Below, in pieces: positions 1 through 10,430 of a stretch of DNA of 43,771 nucleotides. The notes beneath the pieces are model-generated. The model was not told where the DNA came from, ran no database searches, and was given only the letters and a program-made list of their open reading frames with translations. Every line of letters starts with the position of its first letter. Within the stretch, counting starts at the first letter, position 1. Source of the stretch: a bacterium (GTDB lineage Bacteria; Zhuqueibacterota; Zhuqueibacteria; Zhuqueibacterales; Zhuqueibacteraceae); assembly GCA_044869275.1 (NCBI GenBank), contig JBIOXB010000250.1:1-43771 (forward strand), given 5' to 3'. The position numbers were made by a program, and so were the translations under genes.

Positions 1-627
1 ATCGTAACACTGCCCGCTTTGCGTGAAGTCCTCCTGGGTGTAATCAATGACATGGTCTGCGCCGATCGATCGGATCATGTCCACGTTCCTGGTGCTGCAG
101 ACGCCGGTCACTTCCGCTCCGAGCGCCTTGGCAATCTGCACAGCGAATGTACCCACGCCTCCCGACGCACCGTTGATCAAGACCTTCTGTCCTGGCTGGA
201 CCTTTCCCGCGTCGCGAAGACCGTGGAGGGCCGCAAGTGCGGAGGTAGGTACGGCTCCAGCTTGCTCAAACGTGAGATTGGCCGGCTTCAGCACGAACAT
301 GCCTTCTGCAGCACACGCATACTCGGCGCAGCCGCCGTTGCACGCGCCGAATACTTCATCACCTGGTTGAAGCCGCGTCACGTTCTTGCCGACCGCCTCA
401 ACGTGCCCTGCCACATCGAATCCCGGAACATAGTTTTTTGGTTTTGGCCACCCGGCAACCATGCGCACGAGGTACGGCACGCCTCTCATCACGAAATAGT
501 CACCTGCGTGGAGGGCAGCCGCGTGAACCCGTACCAGCACATCATCACCCTTGACCACCGGTTTGTCGATTTCCTTGAGTTCGAAGACATCCGGTGAGCC
601 ATACTCTCTTTGAACGATCGCTTTCAT
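1..627 (-). CDS. NAD(P)-dependent alcohol dehydrogenase / quinone oxidoreductase (MDR superfamily), partial, runs off left edge
   Basis: Not in the ORF track. Manual translation from ATG 627 (upstream AGCAGGA) gives MKAIVQREYGSPDVFELKEIDKP...VLVRVHAA...PGFDVAGHVEAVGKNVTRLQPGDEVFG...ADHVIDYTQEDFTQ, typical MDR motifs. Confidence 0.9.
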   Translation of the reverse strand, partial: MKAIVQREYGSPDVFELKEIDKPVVKGDDVLVRVHAAALHAGDYFVMRGVPYLVRMVAGWPKPKNYVPGFDVAGHVEAVGKNVTRLQPGDEVFGACNGGCAEYACAAEGMFVLKPANLTFEQAGAVPTSALAALHGLRDAGKVQPGQKVLINGASGGVGTFAVQIAKALGAEVTGVCSTRNVDMIRSIGADHVIDYTQEDFTQSGQCYD

Positions 628-742
628 AAGTATTCCTGCTAATCTACTTTGATTTTTTAATTTTGAAACCCGATACTTCTCCAGCTCTTTCTTTTCGTTA
701 TGTTCCACAGTTATGACTACATTTCCCTGTCGAACTTCCCCC

Positions 743-967
743 CTACGCGCTACCGTGCGATTCGACCACTCGATTCACCGACAGCAAAGACAGGCCAAGA
801 TCTCGGATTCGAATGATCACGCCATACAGCGCTGCCTGGTCAACGAGCGGTCCTGCCAGCACGGTCGTGCCATTTTCTTGACGCTCTATGGTCAATCCCT
901 CAAGCCAGTTCGACCAGCGGTCGTCGAGGTGCCCTTTTACTTGAAACTCGTAGATGTCCATTGCCAA
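743..967 (-). CDS. small conserved hypothetical protein (YEFQVKGHLDxxWxxW...GPLVDQAALYG type)
   Basis: 74-aa ORF with GAGGAG 7 nt before the TTG (alternative ATG at 961). The motif pattern matches a recurrent family of small proteins often found near MalT/LuxR regulators and MDR genes. Confidence 0.75.
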   Translation of the reverse strand: MAMDIYEFQVKGHLDDRWSNWLEGLTIERQENGTTVLAGPLVDQAALYGVIIRIRDLGLSLLSVNRVVESHGSA

Positions 968-1000
968 GCCTTAACTCCTCTTGCGGCAAAGAAAACTTCA

Positions 1001-1064
1001 AACCGCTAATTGGCGCCAATAAGCGCTAATTTGTATTCGCGTTGTTTAGCGTCCATTCGCGGTT
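1001..1064. repeat. REP-like imperfect inverted repeat (AACCGCgAAT...ATTcGCGGTT family), copy 1
   Basis: Arms are built from roughly 10-nt units: aaccgctaat/ggcgccaat/aagcgctaat ... attcgcgtt/tttagcgtc/attcgcggtt. A second copy lies at 3768-3836. Confidence 0.7.
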
Positions 1065-1072
1065 CAAACCTG

Positions 1073-1123
1073 TTTGGCTGCGGCTCGACGTGAGCTCGCC
1101 GACACGGCTCGTCCGCCTTGGGG
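1073..1123. repeat. dispersed intergenic repeat (GGtTGCGGCT..GcCGC.cTGGG family)
   Basis: tttggctgcggctc...gtccgccttggga resembles gggttgcggcttggccgcgctggga at 37254-37278. Confidence 0.5.
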
Positions 1124-1161
1124 ATAATATACAAACGATGGATGCCCCGCCGCATCAGCCA

Positions 1162-1210
1162 AAGGGTGTAATTAAGGGTGTAGTTTGGGATGTAATTAGG
1201 GGGTGTGGTT
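1162..1210. promoter_or_regulatory. four tandem 12-13 bp direct repeats, putative regulator-binding array
   Basis: aagggtgtaatt / aagggtgtagtt / tgggatgtaatt / agggggtgtggtt, upstream of the minus-strand genes at 967 and 627. Confidence 0.5.
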
Positions 1211-1230
1211 GCAGATCGGGAGGGAACGCG

Positions 1231-1443
1231 CTATTTCTTCGCTACCACTTCAGAAACGATCACGCCGAAGTTGCGATTTGCCAGTGTCAATCCGATTTTC
1301 AGCTTGCCGCGTACAGTGCTCCTCTCGCCTTCGAACGGCATCCGGCCCTGCGGCTTCACCCAAATCCCGCCGGTCTCGTCCGCAACTTTAATCAGGCTTT
1401 ACGAAAGAATCGGAACCGCAAAAGTGGAAACGAGTTGTCCCAG
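1231..1443 (-). pseudogene. remnant of a small OB-fold-like protein
   Basis: The frame reads [69 protein letters not shown]. It has an in-frame TAA at 1399-1401, no start codon, and a DxTGxIWV OB-fold-like motif. Confidence 0.4.
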
Positions 1444-1460
1444 CCAGTCGAGGCGGCCAG

Positions 1461-3236
1461 TTATTTCAACAGCAGCATACGTTTTGAAAACACCTCATTC
1501 TCTCCCACCGTGAGCGTATAAAAATATACTCCACTCGCGAGCAATTTCCCCGTCTCGTCCCTTCCATCCCAGACCACGGCATGGCGGCCCCGGGCTTGTT
1601 CCTTGCGCACCAATACTCTCACCACTGCTCCCAATTCATTCAGGATTTTTACTCGCACCATGCCGCCTTGCGCAAGAGAGTAGCCAATCATGGTGGAGGG
1701 ATTGAAAGGATTCGGGTAATTCTGTGCCAGCTCAAAATTCTTCGCAAGCTCGAACCCTGCCTGCGGCTCTCGAACGGCCACTGCCGGCAATGAAATTCGA
1801 CTGTAATAAACATCCTGCTCGCCGTTGAAAGTGCCAGCCCAAGCGAGGTGCGCGTGCGATTCTTCCGAAATCATGTGAAAGTAATCGCCGATTTTGTTCT
1901 GCTGCGGCCAACCCACGTGCGGATCGAAGGCCTCGGATAGTCGCTCGTTTTCCGACCAAGTAGCGCCGCCATCCCATGAGTGCGAGGAGTAGAGTGAGGA
2001 AGCGAGGCCGCCGGGATCGTTGCGCGTGTCGAGCCAGATCACGTCGATGCGACCGTTGGGCGCGACCGAGATCGTGCCGAACCATTGCCAAGCGCTGTTC
2101 GTGGTATCGTCATTGATGCGAATCGGTGCACTCCACGTCTCGCCGCCATCCGTGCTGCGTGCGAACATAACATCGCGCGGATCATCCGTTGAAAACCGCT
2201 GCACCGAGCACAGCAAATAAACATTGCCGCGCAACGAGCTGTTGGAGCGATCCGTTGCCACCCAGGTTTGGCCGAGAAGTCCGCCGGGATTGGGGCCGTC
2301 GCCAAATCCCATTGTGCCGTCCAAATTCACGATTGCGGAAAAGTCCCAAGTCACAGCTTGGTTCGAGTCGCGCGCGGCAAGTGACCTCGTCACCACAAAT
2401 CCATTGTCGCTTTGTCCGCATGCATAAAGCTCGCCTTCGGGGCCGAGGGCAAGAGTGCCCCATCTCATGGTCTCATCCGGGATGATGATGCAATTCTCGA
2501 AACTAGCGCCGCGATTGTATGAGCGGGTAAAAAAGCCGGGCGCGCAAATGCTGAAAGCCTGCGTCCAGTACGCGTAGATATTGCCGTGGCCCATGCTGCC
2601 GGTTTTGTCTATGACCATCCATTGCTTGTCGCCGCCCTGCGCAAATGTTCCCGCATCCCAATTGCTTCCGCCGTCGCCCGATTTGAAGACGTGGCAAATG
2701 AAATCCGAACCGCTCAAAGTGAGACTATTGTAATAGAAATTGCCTTCCGCATCCGAGTCGAGCACGGGATCGGAGCGAAAAATGCCAGGCTCGATCACGC
2801 CGGGGAATTTCCACGTGTTGCCGCCGTCCTCCGTGAAGCCATAACCCGCTTGGCGAAAATTGTTGTTGATGGTATCGAACTGTCGCCAGCCAATCGCCAT
2901 GCGATTGGGGTTCGTCGGGTCAATTGCAATCGAAGGCTCGTTCGCGGCGTCGCCTACCAGGTTCTCGCCGAAATCATCCACGTTCACTTGCACGGTGAAA
3001 ATATCGGCAGAAGAAAAGCGATACGCCGGTGAAGTTTCCCGTCCCGCGCGTGGAATGTGGATATAGGGATCGTCCGGCACTTCCAGCTGCGCGCGTGACG
3101 AGGGCGCGAGCAGGGAATCTGTTACCGTCACTTGCGACAACAAGCTCGTGGCCATGGCGAGGAGAGCCGCAGGTGCGAGATTGCGCCCAACGAATCTGCT
3201 GACGCCAGGCTTTCTTTCGAGTGAGTCGTTGATCAC
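1461..3236 (-). CDS. secreted BNR/Asp-box (sialidase-like) beta-propeller protein with C-terminal FlgD-Ig/T9SS-type sorting domain
   Basis: Asp-boxes TEDGGNTW, SGDGGSNW, SYNRGASF, STDGGETW and SWDGGATW, and a C-terminal QNYPNPFNP...WDGRD...SGVYFY. Start moved to GTG 3236, which has GGAG upstream and is followed by a signal-like segment. Confidence 0.88.
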   Translation of the reverse strand: MINDSLERKPGVSRFVGRNLAPAALLAMATSLLSQVTVTDSLLAPSSRAQLEVPDDPYIHIPRAGRETSPAYRFSSADIFTVQVNVDDFGENLVGDAANEPSIAIDPTNPNRMAIGWRQFDTINNNFRQAGYGFTEDGGNTWKFPGVIEPGIFRSDPVLDSDAEGNFYYNSLTLSGSDFICHVFKSGDGGSNWDAGTFAQGGDKQWMVIDKTGSMGHGNIYAYWTQAFSICAPGFFTRSYNRGASFENCIIIPDETMRWGTLALGPEGELYACGQSDNGFVVTRSLAARDSNQAVTWDFSAIVNLDGTMGFGDGPNPGGLLGQTWVATDRSNSSLRGNVYLLCSVQRFSTDDPRDVMFARSTDGGETWSAPIRINDDTTNSAWQWFGTISVAPNGRIDVIWLDTRNDPGGLASSLYSSHSWDGGATWSENERLSEAFDPHVGWPQQNKIGDYFHMISEESHAHLAWAGTFNGEQDVYYSRISLPAVAVREPQAGFELAKNFELAQNYPNPFNPSTMIGYSLAQGGMVRVKILNELGAVVRVLVRKEQARGRHAVVWDGRDETGKLLASGVYFYTLTVGENEVFSKRMLLLK

Positions 3237-3482
3237 GGCAACTCCGGAGCAAATCAAAAGATTTTTCCCTGCACGAGCGCCGGCTCTCTGGTATGCCACC
3301 GACGAGCACGAATAAATCACGCCGGGGAATTTGGCTTTCCTCCGGCAAAAACGCAACAGAATTGTTGTTTGCGTCGTTGGCTAATTTTTCGACTAAAGGT
3401 CGAAAGCATTGACACGCGCACGCCGTGCCGCACCTCCAACGGCAAGGCCATTGGAAGAATTGCCGTTCCGCCGCAAAAATAC

Positions 3483-3510
3483 TTGCATGTCTTGCTCGTC
3501 CTGCTATATT
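3483..3510 (+). promoter_or_regulatory. putative sigma70 promoter
   Basis: TTGCAT-16 nt-TATATT with an extended -10 TG, in the divergent intergenic region. Confidence 0.4.
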
Positions 3511-3767
3511 CCTCGACAGAATCATGCGCGAGGCATTTCAGTTAAAGCAGAGAGGTCAGATACGAAAGCCGATCACAGTTTACCCGGGAATACCGCAGAC
3601 TTTTCGGAGAGCCGCCCATGCGCAACATCAAATCGATTAAGGGGTGGAATAGAATAGGCCGGGCAACTGATTATGGAAACATTCGATTTTTAACACCAAA
3701 TAGAGGCAATTTATGAATGTTATCTTACTCCGCGCCATAAGTCGGACCAGCCCAGACCAGACAAGGT

Positions 3768-3836
3768 AACCGCGAATGAGCGTGAATGAACGCGAATGAA
3801 AAAACATTAGCGTTGATTCGCGTTTGATTAGCGGTT
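3768..3836. repeat. REP-like imperfect inverted repeat (AACCGCGAAT...ATTAGCGGTT family), copy 2
   Basis: aaccgcgaat gagcgtgaat gaacgcgaat ... attagcgtt gattcgcgtt tgattagcggtt; same architecture as 1001-1064. Confidence 0.72.
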
Positions 3837-3874
3837 TAAAACGTTTGCCGGAAAAGCACAGATTGCACTTTTAA

Positions 3875-5557
<1,683 letters not shown>

Positions 5558-5753
5558 GCGGCAATCATCAACAAAACCATTCAAACCAATGTTACGGCAA
5601 GCAAAGACTTTGTTTGGAATGGAAGTTTGATTTATTTTTTCAATAATTAGGTATATTTTTGGAATTCCGGTAAATGCTGTAATCTTGTCAAAAAGTAAAC
5701 TTTTGGGAATTGCCTCAGTGAAAGTTTCTATGGCGAATTCCATGGCGAAAAAA

Positions 5754-6593
5754 ATGACCGCGCACAAAAATAGTTTTGCATTCGTTTTTCCCGCTATACT
5801 TTCATTCGCGCTAATGTCGCGCGCCACATTCGCCCAAGACTGGCCACAATGGCGCGGGCCAAATCGGGATGGCGCATTCAACGGCTTCGTTGCGCCCAAA
5901 GCCTGGCCGGAGAAATTAAAACCGCTTTGGAAAGTGCCAGTTGGTATCGGCCATTCCTCGCCTCTGGTTATTGCCGGAAGAGTTTATCAACACGCGCGGC
6001 AAGATGATGATGAAGTTGTTTTATGCCTCGATTTACGCGGCGGTAAGATCTTGTGGCGGCAGAGTTATCCCGGGCCTTATTCGATGAATTTCGCGGCATT
6101 CGGGCACGGCAAAGGCCCAAAGTCGACGCCGGCGTTTTATAACGGCAAGCTTTATACGCTCGGCATCAGCGGCATTTTATCCTGCTTCGACGCCGCAACC
6201 GGCGCCTTGAAATGGCGTAAGGAATTTTCCAAACAATTCAATGAAACCTCACCGGCCTTTGGCGTTTCGATGTCGCCGGTTATTGACAACGGCCTTTGCA
6301 TCATGCACGCCGGCGGACCGAATCAAGGCGCATTGACGGCATTTGAGGCCGAGACCGGCAACGTGAAATGGAGCTGGCAAGGCGATAATGCGGCGATTCT
6401 CCATGATGGTGACTTTCTCTTTCTCTTGAATGACGAAGCCGATCTCGTCGTTGCAAGAGCGAGCGCTAGGTCTTACGAGCCTGTTGCCAACTACACGATT
6501 GCCGACAGCGAGACCTGGGCGCATCCGGTGGTGATCGGCAATCAAATTCTCGTGAAAGATAAATCGACTTTAGCGTTGTGGAGCATCGAATAA
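5754..6593 (+). CDS. PQQ-binding-like beta-propeller protein (DWPQWRGP family), apparently internally deleted
   Basis: Signal peptide then DWPQWRGPNRDG, GHSSP, GPKSTP and a C-terminal TWAHPVV...LVKD. It is shorter than its neighbouring paralogue. Start is uncertain (5730/5742/5754). Confidence 0.75.
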   Translation: MTAHKNSFAFVFPAILSFALMSRATFAQDWPQWRGPNRDGAFNGFVAPKAWPEKLKPLWKVPVGIGHSSPLVIAGRVYQHARQDDDEVVLCLDLRGGKILWRQSYPGPYSMNFAAFGHGKGPKSTPAFYNGKLYTLGISGILSCFDAATGALKWRKEFSKQFNETSPAFGVSMSPVIDNGLCIMHAGGPNQGALTAFEAETGNVKWSWQGDNAAILHDGDFLFLLNDEADLVVARASARSYEPVANYTIADSETWAHPVVIGNQILVKDKSTLALWSIE

Positions 6594-6695
6594 TTGTTTC
6601 AGCGAATTTAACAAAAGAAAATATCTCACATGAACACTGTCGTGATTCGGGGCGCCAGTGGAAATATCGCCGAACCTGTCAAAGGAGATCTTTCT

Positions 6696-7983
6696 ATGAA
6701 ACGCTATGCCTTGTCTCTCGCGTTGGTGCTACTCAGCGTGACTGCCTTCACAAGATCACCAGAGTCCTTCGATTGGCCGCAGTGGCAGGGCCCCGACCGA
6801 AACGCCATCTCCAAGGAAAAGGGCTTACTCAAGGAATGGACGAAGGATGGCCCACCGCTCGCCTGGAAGATCAGTGGCCTCGGCGGCGGCGACAGCTCTC
6901 CTTCCATTGCCGCCGGGCGGATTTTCGGCATGAGCAATCGTGGCAATGACGAAGTCGTTTGGGCTATTTCTGAGACGGATGGCAAGACACTTTGGGTAGC
7001 GCGCCTTGGGCCGGCTTTCCAGCAGCAAGCGTCGCAGTCAAAAAGATGGTCCGGGATGCACGCCGACGGTCGATGGAGAACGGCTCTATGTTCTCGGCCT
7101 GAGCGGCGAGCTGGCTTGCCTTCAGGCTAGTGACGGCAAGATCGTTTGGCAACGCAGCTTCCAGCGCGAGTTTGGCGGGGAAGTACCAACCTGGAGTTTC
7201 CGCGAGTCGCCACTCGTTGATGGTGATAAGGTCATCTGCACCCCCGGCGGCGAAGACGCGACTCTCGTGGCCCTCGACAAGTTGACCGGCAAGACCATCT
7301 GGAAGAGCCAAGTGCCCGGCAGCCCCGGAGCGGCATACTCCTCGGCCATCGCCATCGACTTCGACGGGCAGCGCCAGTACGTACAACTCACCGCGAAAGC
7401 ACTCGTCGGGGTCGCGGCGTCCGACGGTAAGTTTCTCTGGCGATATGACCGGGCCGCCAGCAACAGCGGCATTAACTGTTCCACGCCGATCCACCACGAG
7501 GGCCTGGTGTTCGCCGCCTCAGCCTATGGTAACGGCGGGGGGTTGGTGAAGCTGAGCAAGGATGCAAACGGTGGTGTCAAGGCCGAGGAAGTCTATTTCA
7601 CCAACAGGATGCAAAACCACCACGGCGGTATGATACTTTTTGAAGGCGGCCTGTATGGCGCCAACGGCGGCAATTCCGGCGGTTACCTCGTCTGTCTCGA
7701 CTTCCAGACCGGCGACGTTCTGTGGGATGAGCGCCGCAGCGAGCGCCGCGCGCCGAAAGGCTCGGTGGCTCTGGCCGATGGCCGGCTCTACTATCGCACC
7801 GAGGACGGTACCATGCTCCTGATTGAGCCAAACGCGAAGGAATACCTCGAGCGTGGCCGCTTCGAGCAGCCCGACCGCAGCGGACAGCCAGCTTGGGCGC
7901 ACCCGGTTATTGCCAACGGCAAACTGTACTTGCGCGACCAGGATGTGCTGCTCTGCTACGACGTGAAGGCGCGGAGCAAATAG
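6696..7983 (+). pseudogene. PQQ-binding-like beta-propeller protein with +1 frameshift
   Basis: AAGGAG-ATG 6696 starts MKRYALSLALV...DWPQWQGPDRN. An extra A in the run at 7040-7044 splits [15 protein letters not shown]. The second frame continues to [18 protein letters not shown]. It could be a sequencing error. Confidence 0.8.
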
Positions 7984-8019
7984 CATCACCGCACGAACAT
8001 TCCTTCACTGGAGATCGTC

Positions 8020-8150
8020 ATGAAACTGCCCTCTCTCAAAATCTAACTCGATCATGCGCCGCACACCTTGCGGCGCTTTCCTCTCTCTCTCTCTTCAGCG
8101 CGGCCACGGCTGCGATTGCGCTGCTTTATCTGATTGAAACGGAGGCATGG
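8020..8150 (+). pseudogene. degenerate 5' fragment of a paralogue of the downstream DUF4153-like gene
   Basis: GGAGATCG-ATG then MKLPSLKI*LDHAPHTLRRFPLSL, a (CT)n slip, then FSAATAAIALLYLIE. Compare MKLPSVKILLENALQTVRRFPLSLLSAATMTSAILYLIE at 8361. Confidence 0.8.
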
Positions 8151-8360
8151 TTCAATTCTCCCAATGACAATCTTCGAACCAGTAGCCGGTGATTTCAGAA
8201 TTGTGCAAGCTCACGCCGTGAGTTCTCATGAAAATCTCATATTGCGCTCATGTATCTCAGAGTGGCTTTGTTTAACTTGCTTTGCGCCAAAGCGCCATGA
8301 GCATAAAAGAATCGGCTGCGCAATTTTATTGCGCCAATATGACTTTCTGAGGAGATCGCA

Positions 8361-10184
8361 ATGAAACTCCCTTCCGTTAAGATCTTATTGGAAAACGCGC
8401 TGCAAACCGTGCGGCGATTTCCATTGTCGCTGCTCTCCGCAGCCACCATGACCTCCGCCATATTGTATCTGATCGAAGGGGAAGGCCGGCTCACTTCGCA
8501 CAAAGTGGAGAACCTTGCGTTCGTAGCAGCTTTGGGCATCGCTCTCTTCTTTGTAATTACCATTCTCGTAGAAAAACGTCATTGGAGCTTGGCGCATTCC
8601 TTGCTCGTGCAAGGCGCAGGTGTGCTCGTGCTAGCGGGTTATTATTTCGCTTTGCCGAGTGCAGGACTTGAAAGCGCCGAAATGCATATGATTCGCTTTC
8701 TGCTCTTTGTGATTGCGCTTCACAGTTTCGTTGCGTTCGCGCCGTATTGGGGCAAAGGCGAACTCAACGGCTTTTGGCAATATAACAAGAATCTACTGCT
8801 GCGCCTGCTCACCGCGGGTTTGTACTCGGCCACTCTCTTTGTCGGCCTTGCGATTGCCGTGCTCGCAGTTGATAAACTCTTCGAGCTGAACTTCAAAGAC
8901 GAGCGCTACGGCCAGTTGTTCGTTCTGATTGCCGGCGTGTTCAACACCTGGTTCTTCCTCGCCGGCGCGCCGAAAGGTTATGCCGCATTGGAACGCGACG
9001 ACGATTATCCCAGAGGCCTTAAAGTTTTCACGCAATACGTGCTCTTGCCGCTTGTGGTGATTTACCTCGCGATCTTGTATGCGTATGAAACGAAGATCAT
9101 CATCGCGTGGAGTTGGCCCAAGGGCTGGGTCGCGAATTTGGTTTTGTTTTTCTCCGTCGTCGGAATTTTAGCGCTGCTGCTTTTGCATCCCATTCAGCGA
9201 TTGAGCGAAAACAAATGGGTGAGCCGCTTCGCGCAGTGGTACTATGTCGCGCTCATACCTCTCGTGATCATGCTGCTGCTCGCGATTCAAGTTCGCATCG
9301 CCGATTATGGCATCACCGAAAGCCGCTACTTCGTGCTCGTGATGGGACTCGCGCTCGCCGTGGTCGTGCTCTATTTCATTTTCAGCCGCGAGAAAAACAT
9401 CAAGATCATTCCGATATTGCTCTGCGGCCTCGCGCTCTTTTCTTCTTGTGGGGCATGGGGCGCGTTCGCGGTTTCGCGCAAAAGTCAAACGCAGAGGTTC
9501 GAGCGCTTGTTGTCGAAGAACAATCTGTTGCGCAATGGCGTGATCATCAAAGCCGCACAAGCTGCGCCCAAAGAAGATGCAGAGCAGATTTTTTCCATCA
9601 TGCGTTACTTACAGCAACGCCATGGCGTTGCCGCCTTGCGGTCGTTCTTCAAACAGAATTTGGACTCGCTCATCACCTCCACGGATTCGAGCAAAACGGT
9701 TTCGTCGCGCGATCTGCCGAGGCTCGCGTTGGGGTTGATGGGTTTGAGTTTGGATGGACATGAAGCCTCGGGGCATTGGAGTCTTGTTGCGCAACGCGAA
9801 GCCGTGCTCCCCATTGCCGGTTATGAAACGTTGCTGCGCTTGCAAAGCTTGAACGCAGCGGACTCGATGCAGAGTTTTGTTCATGAAGCAATGCGTTATA
9901 CTATTTTTTTGGAAAAAGACCGCAGCCGGCTCGTGCTCACGGCGCAGGAAACGTGGACGGACACATTGCGTTTCGAGCTTGGACCTTGGCTTGAAGAACG
10001 TTTGCGCGAACGCCAATGGGAGCACGGCAAGGAATTGTTATTGCCAAGAGAAAAGCTGGTGTTTGAACAAGCTGCGCCGCATTTGGAAGTAAAGCTCGGT
10101 TTTAACAGCATGAATGGGGAAAGCGTTGCAGGCAAGCTGAAACTGATTTCCGTCGACGCCGAGGTTTTGATTCGCCGGCGATAA
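8361..10184 (+). CDS. DUF4153-like integral membrane protein
   Basis: 607 aa with many hydrophobic segments. Motifs include RRFP, FWQYN, YPRGLKVFTQYVLLPL, WPKGWV, RIADYGITESRYF and WGAFAVSRKSQ. RBS GAGGAG. Confidence 0.85.
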   Translation: MKLPSVKILLENALQTVRRFPLSLLSAATMTSAILYLIEGEGRLTSHKVENLAFVAALGIALFFVITILVEKRHWSLAHSLLVQGAGVLVLAGYYFALPSAGLESAEMHMIRFLLFVIALHSFVAFAPYWGKGELNGFWQYNKNLLLRLLTAGLYSATLFVGLAIAVLAVDKLFELNFKDERYGQLFVLIAGVFNTWFFLAGAPKGYAALERDDDYPRGLKVFTQYVLLPLVVIYLAILYAYETKIIIAWSWPKGWVANLVLFFSVVGILALLLLHPIQRLSENKWVSRFAQWYYVALIPLVIMLLLAIQVRIADYGITESRYFVLVMGLALAVVVLYFIFSREKNIKIIPILLCGLALFSSCGAWGAFAVSRKSQTQRFERLLSKNNLLRNGVIIKAAQAAPKEDAEQIFSIMRYLQQRHGVAALRSFFKQNLDSLITSTDSSKTVSSRDLPRLALGLMGLSLDGHEASGHWSLVAQREAVLPIAGYETLLRLQSLNAADSMQSFVHEAMRYTIFLEKDRSRLVLTAQETWTDTLRFELGPWLEERLRERQWEHGKELLLPREKLVFEQAAPHLEVKLGFNSMNGESVAGKLKLISVDAEVLIRRR

Positions 10185-10295
10185 CCATGCGCTCGTCGTG
10201 AAGCCTTCAGGCGTTTGTGGCCCATTGGCTAAAATTCCTAATAAGTTTTGATTGCCAAATTCGGTAATCGTCTTTCTAAACCTGTCAGGAGGAAT

Positions 10296-10415
10296 CAGAG
10301 TGTGTGAAAACATCTTGTTTCGAGTCAGGCTGAGCGAAGTCGAAGCCTGATCATTGAATTTAGCACCCTTCGACTCCGCTCAGGGTGACACTTTCTTGGG
10401 TTTTCACACAACCTG
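10296..10415. mobile_element. MITE-like element with terminal inverted repeats enclosing a REP hairpin
   Basis: Perfect 11-bp IR tgtgtgaaaac (10301-10311) / gttttcacaca (10400-10410). Internal gtcaggctgagcgaagtcgaag ... cttcgactccgctcagggtgac (10324-10389). Confidence 0.65.
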
Positions 10416-10430
10416 AATGTAGAGGGTGAT

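Noticed and set aside
19..597. 192-aa plus-strand ORF
   Set aside because: It is the antisense shadow of the minus-strand MDR dehydrogenase.
7036..7050. Programmed frameshift or phase variation in the PQQ-like gene
   Set aside because: The A-run is only 5 nt, and no stimulatory structure was identified. Mutation or sequencing error is simpler.
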